Notes: generated by a model from the letters alone, not told the origin. A stretch of 64,000 nucleotides of DNA from Candidatus Latescibacterota bacterium (GCA_965198115.1 OZ240241.1:384001-448000), one strand, 5' to 3'. Shown: positions 20,520 through 31,781, counted from the stretch's first letter. Program-made: numbers and translations.

Positions 20520-20719
20520 GGTCTTGCAGCATCGCCTGGCCGGTAGCTTACATCGCGGTCGGCGATTGGCTGCAGAACTTCGCGTATCGCGTGGACGTCG
20601 CTTGGTGGGCATTCGCGTTGGCGGGTGCGACCGCGCTGTTGATTGCATTGGGGACGGTGAGCTATCAGGCATTGCGTGCGGCAGTGGCCAATCCAATAGA
20701 CGCGCTGAGGTATGAATAG
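20520..20719 (+). pseudogene. 3' fragment of a MacB/FtsX-type ABC permease
   Basis: IAWPVAY...WLQNFAYR...TVSYQALRAAVANPIDALRYE. Confidence 0.8.
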
Positions 20720-20846
20720 GACCTTAGGCTCATCCTTCGACGAGATGCGGAATACATAGGCGAAGGTGTGCACGATGGACGCGCTCATTCTTCGCGACTG
20801 ATGAACCAGAAAAGCATGCCGACGACGCTGTCGTATGCTAAAGTCT

Positions 20847-20968
20847 GCCCGGAGCGGATACAGTAAGCGTCTCGTGAATCTGACAGGCGAAGCGCCTGAT
20901 CGGAGGGTGGCTCTCCGACGTCTCCATAGGCCGCGTTATCACTAGGTCAAGGAGTCAGCTCGCTCCGC
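20847..20968 (+). ncRNA. Candidate structured RNA upstream of the PcfJ-like gene
   Basis: Closing stem CGGAGCG(20850)/CGCTCCG(20967), internal hairpins CAGGCG-AAG-CGCCTG and TCGGAGGG-TGG-CTCTCCGA, -10-like TATGCT at 20834. Confidence 0.35.
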
Positions 20969-20990
20969 ATTCTGCAAGACGGATCGGAGG

Positions 20991-22556
20991 TTGAAAGTGT
21001 TCACATCTACTTTGGACGTCGACGACCGGATCCGCCGGCACATCGACACCCTCGGCTTCGTTTCCCTCTCCGCCTACAAGCTATGGTACAGGCGCAACGG
21101 CTTCTCGATGTCCTTGGATAAGTCGCCCGACGATCTTCAGACGGAAATCGACCAGTTCACCGCCCCAACCGCACCCTCTGATCCCCGTATCGACAAGAAT
21201 CACTCGCCCCGACGCGCCGAATACATACGCCGCATCGCCGACGGCGAGTTTGAGGGTCAGCCCCTCAGCTCCGGGATGTCATCAATCCGGAAGCTCTTCG
21301 AGGAGGTCCGTAACGTGGACGGCGCCCACTCCGCGCTTCAGCGCCTCCTCCTGCACGTCGAAAAGTACGGCGACCTGCTTCACACAAAGACCGTCTTCAA
21401 TCGGCTCGGCAATGGCTGGCGCAACCAGCTCATCGCCGGCTTATCGCAGCTCGCGCGGTATCACGGAAAATGGATCCGCCCAGTCGAGGAGTGGTTCCCG
21501 ACCCAGCACGGCCGCCACCAGGAGCGGCAGTTCTTCGAGCTCGCCGAGCACCTGTTCATTCGCTACGAGATGCCTCGAACGCTCCATAATGCCTGGTTCG
21601 AGCTGGACGACGAAGAGCGCCACATTCAACAGGGATGGATCGTGCACATCGCGGATGGTAAAAACATTCGCGCGGCGGACAACCTGCCGTTCGCGCTCAC
21701 GAAACGCGCGGCTCACATCTTCACGAATTCGAGGGCCTTGGCGCCGCCGCTGATCGCCCTGCGCGACGCTCAAATCCACGCAATCGGGACCGTCCGTCAC
21801 TTTTCCTGGCATCTGTCGCACAACGAGTACATCTACGGGCGGGAGCACGCCGACTTTTGGACCGGGATCGTCCACTTCTTCCTGAACAACCCGATGCTCG
21901 AGCGGAGCTACCTCTGGCCGATCATCAACTATATCCATCACCAGAAATTCGTCCCTCAGCGGATCCCACAGCCAGACGGGACGGTCGTCGAGCGGCCGGC
22001 GGCGCATCCGAACTTCTGCATCAAGAGCCGCAGCATTAACCGCCTGATCCAGGAAGTGGACAACTGGCACGAAACAATCACGGGTGAGGAAAGTGAAAAG
22101 GTCCAGCAGTGGAAACCGACGGACTTCGGCTCCTTCGAGCTGGAAGAATACATCGAGGAGCTGAAAGTTAAAGTGAAGTGGACGGTCGAAGAACTGTATA
22201 CGTCCTCGCTTCTGTATCTCGAGGGACGTCGCCTCCACCACTGTGTGGGTTCCTATACGCGAAGGTGCGTGGCGGGCGAAGCCGCCATCTTCTCGATCAA
22301 GGCCCAACCGATCCTGAAAGACCCTGCCCCGGACGACGAGGAGCCGGAGAGGACCCACGTTCTGACTATCGCCATCGACCCGAAGAAGCGGCAGGTGACT
22401 CAGGCCCGCGGCAAGTTCAACCTCCAACCCGACGGGAAGGTCACCCGGACAAAGGCGCGGAAGACCAACGGGCCGTATCAGATCCTCCTTCGCGAGTCCG
22501 CGAGGATCCTGGCCCAATGGCGCGCCCGAGAAGGCATCAGCTACGGCCAGAGTTGA
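20991..22556 (+). CDS. PcfJ domain-containing protein
   Basis: C-terminal L..EGRRLHHCVGSY..C..G..IFS, LTIAID, QARGKFN; central G.NIR...TKRAAH motif. Confidence 0.8.
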   Translation: MKVFTSTLDVDDRIRRHIDTLGFVSLSAYKLWYRRNGFSMSLDKSPDDLQTEIDQFTAPTAPSDPRIDKNHSPRRAEYIRRIADGEFEGQPLSSGMSSIRKLFEEVRNVDGAHSALQRLLLHVEKYGDLLHTKTVFNRLGNGWRNQLIAGLSQLARYHGKWIRPVEEWFPTQHGRHQERQFFELAEHLFIRYEMPRTLHNAWFELDDEERHIQQGWIVHIADGKNIRAADNLPFALTKRAAHIFTNSRALAPPLIALRDAQIHAIGTVRHFSWHLSHNEYIYGREHADFWTGIVHFFLNNPMLERSYLWPIINYIHHQKFVPQRIPQPDGTVVERPAAHPNFCIKSRSINRLIQEVDNWHETITGEESEKVQQWKPTDFGSFELEEYIEELKVKVKWTVEELYTSSLLYLEGRRLHHCVGSYTRRCVAGEAAIFSIKAQPILKDPAPDDEEPERTHVLTIAIDPKKRQVTQARGKFNLQPDGKVTRTKARKTNGPYQILLRESARILAQWRAREGISYGQS

Positions 22557-23050
22557 TGACTCCGCGGTGGCTTGCGACCAGCCAACACGGACATTTTAAT
22601 AGGAAGCAACTGATCCTTTAGTCGTCGAGAAACTTATGCGTCCCGATCCTGACGGACCCTACGGCTCCAACAGGAGGTAGTACAGATACTTCTGGGATTG
22701 CCTTTCGTTCGGCTGATCAGGCTCGGAGGATCAATTGTCGAAGGACCGAAAGCTTTGAAGCCTTCTGAGCCCTCCGGAGAATGTCCTCGTTGTGACGATG
22801 GAGACCAACCGCTCTACGCAGCGCATCGTGTAGGGGCAATGACACTGAAGGTGAGTGCGTCGGCAGACGCCAAATGCGACTTCGCAGTTAATACGCTTGC
22901 CAATCTAACTGATATCGGTAAAGTCGATCGGGGCTGGGTACTAACTGTTGGTCAGAAGCCAGTGGTAGAGGTCGCAACAGGCACGTAGCACGAGTCCCCG
23001 GCTTCGGCGCAGAGGATGAAGTGAGGTTTTGACAGTCAGGGGCGGATCGC

Positions 23051-24067
23051 TCACCACCCCTGAATCACGCTGGGCAGCAGTTTCTCCTGAACGGTGAACG
23101 GCCCCTCGAGGGCAAGGGTCACCACGTTCAACAATCGGAACTGGTATGTTCGGACAGGATTACGCGGATCGGATAGATCGTAGGTAATGTCGGAGATCTC
23201 CGCAGCCACCAAGTGATCCGGGGGAACACCGAGCGAGCTGCCCGCCTGATGTCTGATGTCGATCAGCGCCTTGTGTAGCGGACGTTGCTGCTCCGGGCCA
23301 GTCATGTCCAGAAATCCGAAATCCAGTGTGAAACTGACGTCTACGCACGTCATGCTGGTGTCCGGAAGCTCGAACACAGGGCGGATCAGGAGCAGTTCGT
23401 CGAAATGCGTGAACGCGACCTGGTCAGGGTGCATTCGGGCGACCGCTCTCGGATCCTTCGAGAAGTGGTCGAACACGACGGAGTCCTTCCCCAGCGTCGC
23501 TTTGATGAAGAAGCTGCCTCCATGCTCGAAGTCTATAAGCAGCGCATCACCCTCCAGGCTGTAGTAGCCACGAAGAAACTGCCGAAACCGTTCCTGGTCC
23601 GGTTCCCACTTGAGTTTATACTGGTCGTTGTCCAGAAAAAGGCGGATCACCCCTGGACTGTCGATGGCCCGTTGATCGTCCTCGCTCAGGAAGACCACTC
23701 GATAGTCGTCGACGAAGAACAGGTAGTTACTCAGAACCCGGTCCGAATTCAGCAGCGCAACAGCCTCATCGCGTGGCATCCGATCGAGTTCGGAGTTGAG
23801 CAGCGTTCGGTAGCTCGGGAAGGTCTTCCCGCCCTCTGTTCGCTGCGTCTTGATCGTCTTCCACTCGTAGTAATGAAACTCGCCGTCGTGAAGGTAGAAC
23901 GGGTCCTTCGTTCGAACCTGTCCCGACCGATACGCTCGATCGTATCGGGTAACGAAATAGGCACCCTCCTCCGGTCGCTGCACGCTGAACCAGCCTCGAC
24001 TCCCGAAGGGTGCGGTCGTGCATCCGGTCAGAACGACGAGTGCGGTCGCCGTGACGATCGATTTCAT
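23051..24067 (-). CDS. Hypothetical lipoprotein
   Basis: MKSIVTATALVVLTGC lipobox; its start overlaps the upstream stop (ATGA). Confidence 0.7.
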   Translation of the reverse strand: MKSIVTATALVVLTGCTTAPFGSRGWFSVQRPEEGAYFVTRYDRAYRSGQVRTKDPFYLHDGEFHYYEWKTIKTQRTEGGKTFPSYRTLLNSELDRMPRDEAVALLNSDRVLSNYLFFVDDYRVVFLSEDDQRAIDSPGVIRLFLDNDQYKLKWEPDQERFRQFLRGYYSLEGDALLIDFEHGGSFFIKATLGKDSVVFDHFSKDPRAVARMHPDQVAFTHFDELLLIRPVFELPDTSMTCVDVSFTLDFGFLDMTGPEQQRPLHKALIDIRHQAGSSLGVPPDHLVAAEISDITYDLSDPRNPVRTYQFRLLNVVTLALEGPFTVQEKLLPSVIQGW

Positions 24068-24880
24068 TCGTGAAACACTCCGTAGACTTCGACGTCCCAA
24101 TATGGCTCTTCGATCTTGTAGTGATACGGGCTGTGGGTCAGATCTCGATGCAGGAAGTCTTGGAAGTCGAACCGCTCGTTCCAGCGATTGATCGAGACCC
24201 CGAATCGCCGGTCGAAGTCGACGAACTTCAATGTGTAACGGCCGGAGTTGAACCCGACCTGCTCCAGGTTTGCGTAAACGACGTTGTCGATAAACAACCG
24301 GCTCGTCGCCTGATAAGCCAGAGGTGTGAACCCCGTGAACTTGTCGAAGGCGAACTCGACCATCCGCCCCTTGTCCTCCGCATCATCCCGTCTGAAGCTG
24401 TAGCCGATCGTCCCGCCCCCCGTCCAGTAGCGATCCTCGTTGTCGCCCAGAAGGCCGGCCGGCGGACCTCCGTCGTTGTAATAGACGAGATACGCGCCGT
24501 GCGCTGACAGCGTGAAGCTGCCGACGGTCTGGCTCGAGAATCCGCGGTTCTGGATCCCGGAATGAAGCACGTGGCCCCGGACGAAACCCAGGTTGTAGGT
24601 GTATGCGTTGTTGGGCCCGTGTGCGAAGGATCGCCGGCAATGAGGGCCCCGTAGGACAGCGTCACGTTCGCGCTGAACGGAATGAAGTTTCGCAGAACGG
24701 ACGTCCCCAGATGAGCCCGAAAGACCGATACGCGTGCCTCGGCCAGCGGCGTGAACGCCACCTTGCCCTGCCGGTCGAAGCGCGCACGCACGTGGTACGC
24801 ATACGACAGGTGGATCTTGAGCTTCTCGAACCCCGAGAGACTCAAGCGCAACGTATGGATGTCCCGTACATCGCTGGCCT
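24064..24880 (-). pseudogene. Polymorphic toxin type 23 (Ntox23)-like protein, frameshifted and 5' truncated
   Basis: YYNDGG...GDNEDRYWTGGG motif; coding split across 24228..24851 and 24064..24570. Confidence 0.55.
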
Positions 24881-24944
24881 TAACGCCGTGTGGAAGACCT
24901 GCGACGAGCAGGACGACAACAGTTTGAGGAACCGTCTACTCACG

Positions 24945-25151
24945 TCAGCTCAACCGGGTGGCGTCGGGCACTTCACGATTCACGAGCTGTCCACCGGTGA
25001 CGTGTCCGACCGTATCCGGCACCTCGTAGACCTCGCAGACGTGACCTGTGAGCTCCCTGTGCTTGTCCCGACGTGCGTAAGCCTCCTCCTCGTCATCCGT
25101 CTTCAGCAAAGTCAGCTGCTTGGTTCGGCAAACCACCCGGTATTTCGGCAT
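24945..25151 (-). CDS. Small hypothetical protein
   Basis: GAGGAAAGAAGAG upstream of ATG; 68 aa with plausible composition. Confidence 0.5.
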   Translation of the reverse strand: MPKYRVVCRTKQLTLLKTDDEEEAYARRDKHRELTGHVCEVYEVPDTVGHVTGGQLVNREVPDATRLS

Positions 25152-25453
25152 CTCTTCTTTCCTCGACGTTTCTGAACATGACTTGTCGCCATTGTGCGTG
25201 CATCACGACCTTGAAATAGGATAGGCATTCAAAGCAGCCGATGGCACAGAAAACCGGTGGCCATCCCTGAGGGATCCCGATTCGCCCGATGGGTGGCAGA
25301 TTGTTTATCATGCACTGAGATGTATCACGAAGCCATTCGAGAGTGGCGCCATGTCGTGACGATTTGAGACGTTCTCTAAACACCGGCTTGCTATTCCGGA
25401 ACTCGCTCGGATCGCCGAGCGGCCGAACCAACATACCCGAGAAGAGACGGTCA

Positions 25454-26260
25454 ATGATCAGCATCCTCCTCTTCCTACTATCTACCGTGCCGTATTCATC
25501 CAAGAAGCCCAATCGATTGAGGAGGTGTACATCGTCGTCGACCAGGATACCGCCTCGAGCCTTTCCATTGGCACACCCCAGATCCGGGAGATTATCGGCC
25601 AGGACACGATCTTTGCCTACTCCAACAGTGACACGATCCAGACAACCTCGATCGTAGGCGACACGCTCGTTGTCGAGTTTCACGTTAAGAACTGGCCTGA
25701 TATCATTGGGTACGCGTTCCGAATCGCCACTCGGATTCGGGCTCGCGAGGGTTCGTTCTACCGCCCCGGCGGCTTCTACCTGGAATCCGGTCCAACCACC
25801 CAAAGCGGCCTCGTTTGGGACGGAAGAGTCGCTGAGATCAGCCAGGTTGGTATCGGCATCAATGGCAAAGAGTCTGGACATTTGGGCGACCTCGTCGTGG
25901 TCTTCGACCGATCAGGCGGTGAAGAGCTCAACGTTGTATCAGGCTTCTACATCATCCCGACCGACCTCGCATTCGGGACAATTTGATACACTCAGCGTCG
26001 ACACGGGCATGAATGTCTTCATTTCCGTGGCTCCCCAGCTCATCGAAGTAACGGCCGATCTGGACGGCGACGGCGTGATTGGATTTGGAACCTCCTGCAT
26101 TTCGCTTCCGGTTTCGGGTCTCATCGTGGCGACACCGGCTACTCCGATGGCCTGGATTTCGATGACGATGGCTCGATCGGCTTTCAAGATCTCCTCCTGA
26201 TGGCCGCAGACTTCGGAATGCCCCCGACGGTATACCGCACGATCTCACGTGGCTGACAAA
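25454..26260 (+). pseudogene. Secreted protein with C-terminal dockerin/EF-hand-like pair, multiply frameshifted
   Basis: Reconstructs to ADLDGDGVIGFG.LLHFASGFG...LDFDDDGSIGFQDLLLMAADFG across frames. Confidence 0.6.
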
Positions 26261-26620
26261 GATTTCGGCGAGATGGTACACATCGGTACTCAACTCCTCC
26301 GTTAACACGTTCGTTATCTGGCCCCCCGGCAGACCGCATTCACGGGTTCGCCCGTTATCTCCACACTGCGGATGACCGCCCGTCCAATGCAGGACACCCT
26401 AACTCGAACTCGCCAGAATCACGAGGGATGCGCTCTCGCTCAGCTGCACGGTGATCGTTCCCGAACCGCGAGCAGAAAAGAACCGGCGGCAGCATCAGCA
26501 GCCGATATCGAACCGGTCGGTCGCCAACAGCAGAAAGAAAACCTGCCACGCCAGCGTAACCCCGATGAACCCGTAAAAATTCTCTGGATGGGTCACCGGC
26601 GGAGGAAACTCGACCCCTAG

Positions 26621-28175
26621 GAGCCTGTCGGAGTACCCAGCCGGAGGAAGATTTCGTATTGTAGAAGTGCGATCAAGGTTCCGACTCTGAATTGGAGGTT
26701 TCCGTTGAGCACTTCTACTCGGTTTCGTGTCTACAATCCGGCTCAGTTGATGTTGCTGCCTCCGGATCTCCGGAGTTGGCTTCCCAAGGGTCATCCGACC
26801 TACTTCATTCTGGATATCGTCGGACAACTTGATTTGTCCGCGATCTACGAGACCTACGATGGGTCTCAAGGTGGCCAGCCACCGTATGATCCCCGGATGA
26901 TGGTGAGCCCTACTGCTGTATGGTTACTGTGAAGGCATCAGGAGTTCCCGCAAGATCGAGCGTGCGACCTATGACTCGGTTGCTTTCCGTGTGCTCAGCC
27001 TGGATCAGCATCCTGATCACGACACGATATCGACCTTTCGTCAACGGCATCTGGATGCCCTCTCAGGTCTGTTCAGGCAAGTGCTGTGTCTCTGCGTGAA
27101 GGCAGGTCTGGTGAAGCTGGGACACGTGGCGTTGGATGGCACGAAAGTCAAAGCAAATGCCTCAAAACACAAAGCGATGAGCTACGGCCGGATGAAGAAG
27201 AAAGAAGCCGAGATCGAGGCCGAAGTGCGCAGACTCTTGACCGAGGCCGAAGCCACTGACGCGGCCGAAGACGAACTCTACGGAAAGGACAACCGCGGCG
27301 ACGAGTTGCCCGAGGAGTTGCAGCACCGGGAGACTCGACTCAAAGTAATCCGCGACGCAATAGCCGAGATCGAAGCCGAAGCGGAGGCTGAGTTTCCTGA
27401 GAAGCAGGCAGCGTATGAAGAGAAGGTAAAGGCCCGGGAGCGCCGCGGCGGTCGTGGACGTAAGCCCAAGCCTCCATCGAAAGAGCCCGACTGAAAGGAA
27501 CAACTGAACTTCACCGATCCCGACTCACGGATCATGGTCTCAGGGGGCCAATTCCTTCAAGCCTACAACTGCCAAGCTGCTGTGGATGACAAGGCCCAGA
27601 TTGTCGTTGCTGCCGACGTCACCCAAGAAGCTGATGACAAGAACCAGATGACACCTATGGTCAACCAGATCAGAGCGAATATGGGCGGCACGACACCCAA
27701 GCACCTCACTGCCGACACCGGATACTTCAACCAAAGTCAGGTCGATCAGGTTCAATCAGATGGCGTCGACCTCTATGTGGCGACGACAAAACAGAAACAT
27801 GGAACGCCCATCGCGACCTGCCCCAGGGGACGGATCCCCAAGGGCGCAACGACGAAAGACAAAATGGCGAGAAAGCTTCTCACACAGAAAGGTCGCTGCA
27901 CCTACTGGAAAAGAAAACAGATCATCGAACCCGTGTTTGGACAGATCAAATCCGTTCGGAACTTCACCCGATTCTCATTCCGCCGAATCCACAAAGTCAT
28001 CAGAGAATGGAACCTGATCTGTCTCACACACAACCTTCTGAAACTCTATCGACTCTCATTGGCTACCTGATCCCGAAGAGGAACTCGGCTCAAGGAAAAA
28101 ACGAAGGTAACCGGTCGCTGACAGACTCAGCTGGACTTAATCTCAACGAGCTTCCGGGTGTAACCCGACAGGCTC
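26621..28175 (+). mobile_element. IS1182-family element
   Basis: IRs GAGCCTGTCGG / CCGACAGGCTC; CTAG duplicated at 26617-26620 and 28176-28179. Confidence 0.9.
26705..28070 (+). pseudogene. IS1182 transposase (frameshift near 26905, stop at 27492)
   Basis: GQPPYDPRMM, PDHDTISTFR, ALDGTKVKANAS, TDPDSRIM, ADTGY, IEPVFGQIK. Confidence 0.9.
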
Positions 28176-28300
28176 CTAGCCTGAATTATGCATGAATTTG
28201 AGTTTAGGTTGTTTTGGAGTGATGTGATCACGCACAGGATTTGTTCTCGGCTTCTTCGGATGTCCAAGGTCCCGTAAGCGGTCTCTACGAGTCGCAAGAG

Positions 28301-29672
28301 GAGCTATAATCAAAAGGTGTGGAAAAAGAGAAAGGGCGACCCTACCCTTCCCGTGAGATAGTTGATTCACACAAAACCGGGTGAGAGGCCCGGTTGGGAA
28401 GGAGGATCGCCGTGAAGGAACATACGCATAGAGCCCCATTGAAGTCCATGCCGACGTGGGAGACGGTTGACGATTGGATCCGTGAAGAGATCCAGGGCCG
28501 GTTCCAGTCCATTCTGGAGGAGGAGGCGACCGCGTTCTTGGGCCGGTCGTGGTATGAGCGCCGAGCCGAGGTCGATAGCTCCAGGGGCTACAGGAACGGC
28601 TACGGCAAGCCCCGGCGTCTCTCGACGAGCTGCGGAACGATCAAGGTCCGGCGTCCCCGGGTTCGTGGTCTGGAAGAGCGGTTTGAAAGCCGCATCCTCC
28701 CCCTGTTCGCCCGGAGAACCAGGGCCATTGGAGATCTGCTTCCCGACCTTTATCTCCACGGTCTCTCCCAGGGCGACTTCGAGTTGTCTTTGCGTGCGCT
28801 GCTCGGTGATGGCGCGCCGCTTTCGCCGACCTCGATCGCTCGTCTTCGAGGGAAGTGGGAGGTCGACTTCCAGGACTGGAAAGAAAGGCGTCTGGATAAT
28901 CGCGAACTGGTCTACGCCTGGGCTGATGGCATCTACGTCAAAGCCGGGCTCGAGCGCGAGAAGGCGTGTCTGCTGGTCGTGATCGGCGCGATGAGCGACG
29001 GCAGCAAGGAGATCCTGGCGATAGAACCCGGTTATCGAGTCTACAGAATCCTGGCTCACGGTGCTCCGGGATCTCCGGGATCGCGGGCTCGAACATCCTG
29101 TCCTGATCGCCGCGGACGGGAATATGGGCATCTGGGCGGCCGTTGATCAGGTCTGGCCAGAGAGCCGGCAACAACGGTGCTGGAACCACAAGATCCTCAA
29201 CGTGCTCGACAAGGTCGCCAAGCGTGCACAGGCTGAAGCCCGCGCACTGCTCGTCCAGATCCCCTATGCCGGCACGAAAAAGGAGGCCGAGAAGCTCCGG
29301 AAACGCTTTGCCGCACGGTATCGCTCACAGTTCCCTGCCGCCGTGGAGACGCTCGAAAGAGACTGGGATCGGATGGTCACGTTCTACGACTTCCCGAAGG
29401 AACACTGGAAACACCTGAGAACCACGAACGTCGTCGAGAGCCCCTTTGCTTCCGTTCGGCTTCGCACAAACGCCGCCAGGCGATTCAAGAAAGTCAGGAA
29501 CGCCACGACTCTCATCTGGCGTACGCTCAAGGTCGCAGAGAGCCGATTCAGGAAACTCACCGCGCCACACTTGCTACAACAAGTCTACGATCAGAAACAC
29601 TCAACCGGACCGCAGGTCGAAGCCGGGAAGATGGCCGCCTGATTTCTTTTACACACCTATTGACCTGAGCTC
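28301..29672 (+). mobile_element. IS256-family element, copy B
   Basis: Same ends as copy A; 8-bp TSD CGCAAGAG at 28293-28300 and 29673-29680. Confidence 0.95.
28394..29642 (+). pseudogene. IS256 transposase with the same 2-bp deletion as copy A
   Basis: Split ORFs 28394..29146 and 29061..29642. Confidence 0.9.
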
Positions 29673-29752
29673 CGCAAGAGTCACGATTTTCGTCCGGAAC
29701 AGGTGTTGTTTTGCGACGTGTACATAGCTGTCCCCGGTATAGATCGGCGTTG

Positions 29753-31090
29753 TTACTGCGTGTTCGTTTCGAGCCTGGTGATGATTGACACCAAGACGTT
29801 TTTGAGTGGATACGATGTTGGAAAATGGAATCGGATTCTTCGTGCGCTTTCAATGACTCTCGCGCCGATTTTGAGGAAACGGTTCTGTATCGTGTTGACC
29901 TGAGGTTTGGTCCACGCGGTGCCCTTGAGTCCCTGTGATCGGAGTGCGTGAAGCAAGGCGTATGCAGCACTGTGTAGAAAGAGTCGGAACTGGTTGGCTT
30001 CAAACTTGTGGCACGATGTTCGATCGGAGTGAAGGAATGTTTTGTGGTCCTTGATGAAGCCTTCCGTGCGTCCCCTTGCGCAGTAGATACGATCATAGAT
30101 AAAGCCGTCTCGATTACTCTGTAAATTGGTCACGCGGTATCTTGGATTTGCTTCGCCGTTTGTGACTTCAGCCTTGTGAATGATCCGGCGAGGCTGCCGG
30201 TAGGTGCCAGCCTGATATGAGAAGGATGAGAACAAGCGAATCGTCTCCTTATGCTCGCTCAGACGTAGCGCTTGGTCCATCAGGTTTTGTCCAGCCGCTT
30301 TGAGCTTGGAGTTGGCGCCCTGGCCCAGAACGTAGTAGATACCGTTGTCTTCGCAGAAATCGTGCATCTCTGGTGAGCTGAACTTTGAGTCTGCGCGAAC
30401 GATGATCTCCACGTTTGGCCAAGATCCGCGTAGGTGTTCCACCAAGCGCTTGAGAATAGAAACGACCTGTTTACCGTTCGTCGGATGCCCGGGTCTCAAG
30501 ATCGTCGTAATGAGCTTGCCGCTTTGGCCTTCATAGATATGTAGCGGCATATAGCAGTGTTCATTGTAATACGCGTTGAAGAGTGAAAATTGTTGCGCAC
30601 CGTGCGTTGGGTCATCCGTGTCGTCGATATCGAGAATGATGCTTGGGGGTGCCTGGTCATACGATGCGATGAACCCGTCTACAAAAGCCCGTGCGAGCCG
30701 ATACAAATCCGAGCGTCGCACATCATTCTCAAGTCGTGTCATCGTTGATTGGCTCCCGAGATCAGGACCGGAAAGAGGAAGCCGATCGCAGGCAGCCTTG
30801 ACGCCCGGATCGTGGCGCAAATCATCACAATCGACGGCATCTTCATAGCCGCAAGCGATCTGAAAAACACGCTGCTTCACAAGATCCAAAAGCGTGTGAT
30901 CGATATAGCTTGGGTGACGACGATCTCGCAAAGCATCTACCATTCTGGCGATCAATCCCATCTGAGACTCAAGGGCGCGAAGCAACAGAACTCCACCGTC
31001 ACTCCTGACGGCGCCACCGGCAAAATCAGCCTCAACTACCTTGCCCGAAATGCTTGCGAATGGTAACCGGATCTGACTAGGTTCTATCAC
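29753..31090 (-). CDS. IS1380 transposase (full length)
   Basis: Same motifs as copy A plus the HDPGVKAACDR...SQSTMTRLEN segment; GTG start after GGAAGG. Confidence 0.92.
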   Translation of the reverse strand: MIEPSQIRLPFASISGKVVEADFAGGAVRSDGGVLLLRALESQMGLIARMVDALRDRRHPSYIDHTLLDLVKQRVFQIACGYEDAVDCDDLRHDPGVKAACDRLPLSGPDLGSQSTMTRLENDVRRSDLYRLARAFVDGFIASYDQAPPSIILDIDDTDDPTHGAQQFSLFNAYYNEHCYMPLHIYEGQSGKLITTILRPGHPTNGKQVVSILKRLVEHLRGSWPNVEIIVRADSKFSSPEMHDFCEDNGIYYVLGQGANSKLKAAGQNLMDQALRLSEHKETIRLFSSFSYQAGTYRQPRRIIHKAEVTNGEANPRYRVTNLQSNRDGFIYDRIYCARGRTEGFIKDHKTFLHSDRTSCHKFEANQFRLFLHSAAYALLHALRSQGLKGTAWTKPQVNTIQNRFLKIGARVIESARRIRFHFPTSYPLKNVLVSIITRLETNTQ

Positions 31091-31189
31091 GGTAGTTCCT
31101 TCCAAGTGTTGTTTTGATGTGTCAGCCCTAATGTAGGGAAAAACAAACACTTGTACAAGGAGACTACCTTTTTTTATGCATAATTCAGG

Positions 31190-31444
31190 TGTATGTCGTT
31201 CTGAGCGGAAAGATCGACATCCAGATCGAAGGAAGGGTCGTCGAAACGGTCGAGCCCGGCGGCATCTTTGGGGAACTCGCGCTGATCGACGACGACAGAA
31301 GGAGTGCGGACGCCGTCGCACAGACGAGCACAGCTGGCACTGGTCGACAAGAAGCGATTCACTTTTCTCGTGCAGAATCACCCCTTCTTCGCGCTCGATG
31401 TCCTGAAACTGCTCGCCGAACGGTTGCGTCGCTATAGCACGTAG
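31190..31444 (+). pseudogene. Cyclic nucleotide-binding domain protein fragment
   Basis: MYVVLSGKI...GGIFGELALID..RSADAVA, continuing in another frame as KRFTFLVQNHPFFALDVLKLLAERLR; 5' end cut by IS1380. Confidence 0.75.
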
Positions 31445-31571
31445 ATTCGCCGGGATTTCGAAGCGACCTCTCGCCCCAAGAGGTTGCCTGTTGCGTCGGC
31501 AGAGCGGGTGATCCTGCTCCTCCCGCTTCCTCCTCTCCCAGTCATACGCTCAGGCCTATCCCTCCCCTCTC

Positions 31572-31600
31572 TTGACGCTCCTTCAAAGCACGTCTATTTT
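31572..31600 (+). promoter_or_regulatory. Sigma70 promoter of tRNA-Leu
   Basis: TTGACG-17-TATTTT, 21 bp upstream of the tRNA. Confidence 0.6.
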
Positions 31601-31621
31601 CCCCGAAGTTGAAGGAACGAT

Positions 31622-31708
31622 ACCCGGGTGGCGGAATTGGTAGACGCAGGAGACTTAAAATCTCCCGGCCTTCGGGTCATGCCGGTTCAAGTCCGGCTCC
31701 GGGTACCA
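31622..31708 (+). tRNA. trnL: tRNA-Leu(TAA)
   Basis: Acceptor ACCCGGG/TCCGGGT, D-loop GGCGGAATTGGTAGACGC, anticodon arm GGAGA-CTTAAAA-TCTCC, long variable arm, GGTTCAAGTCC, encoded CCA. Confidence 0.97.
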
Positions 31709-31729
31709 GCTTAAGTATCAGTTTGTATT

Positions 31730-31781
31730 AGAGTTGCGTGTGATTCTCGCGTCCTCTGGACGTGAGAATCACCACAACTCT
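31730..31781. terminator. Long hairpin after the tRNA
   Basis: AGAGTTG..GTGATTCTCGCGTCC-TCT-GGACGTGAGAATCAC..CAACTCT. Confidence 0.55.

Larger units (their letters stand above)
28180..31189 (-). mobile_element. IS1380-family element, copy B, with IS256 inserted in its 3' non-coding region
   Basis: CCTGAATTATGCAT at both ends; matches copy A. Confidence 0.93.

Noticed and set aside
14153-31189. Composite transposon bounded by inverted IS1380 copies
   Set aside because: The outer flanks (TTAG vs TGTA) show no target duplication, and the genes cut at each end are unrelated.
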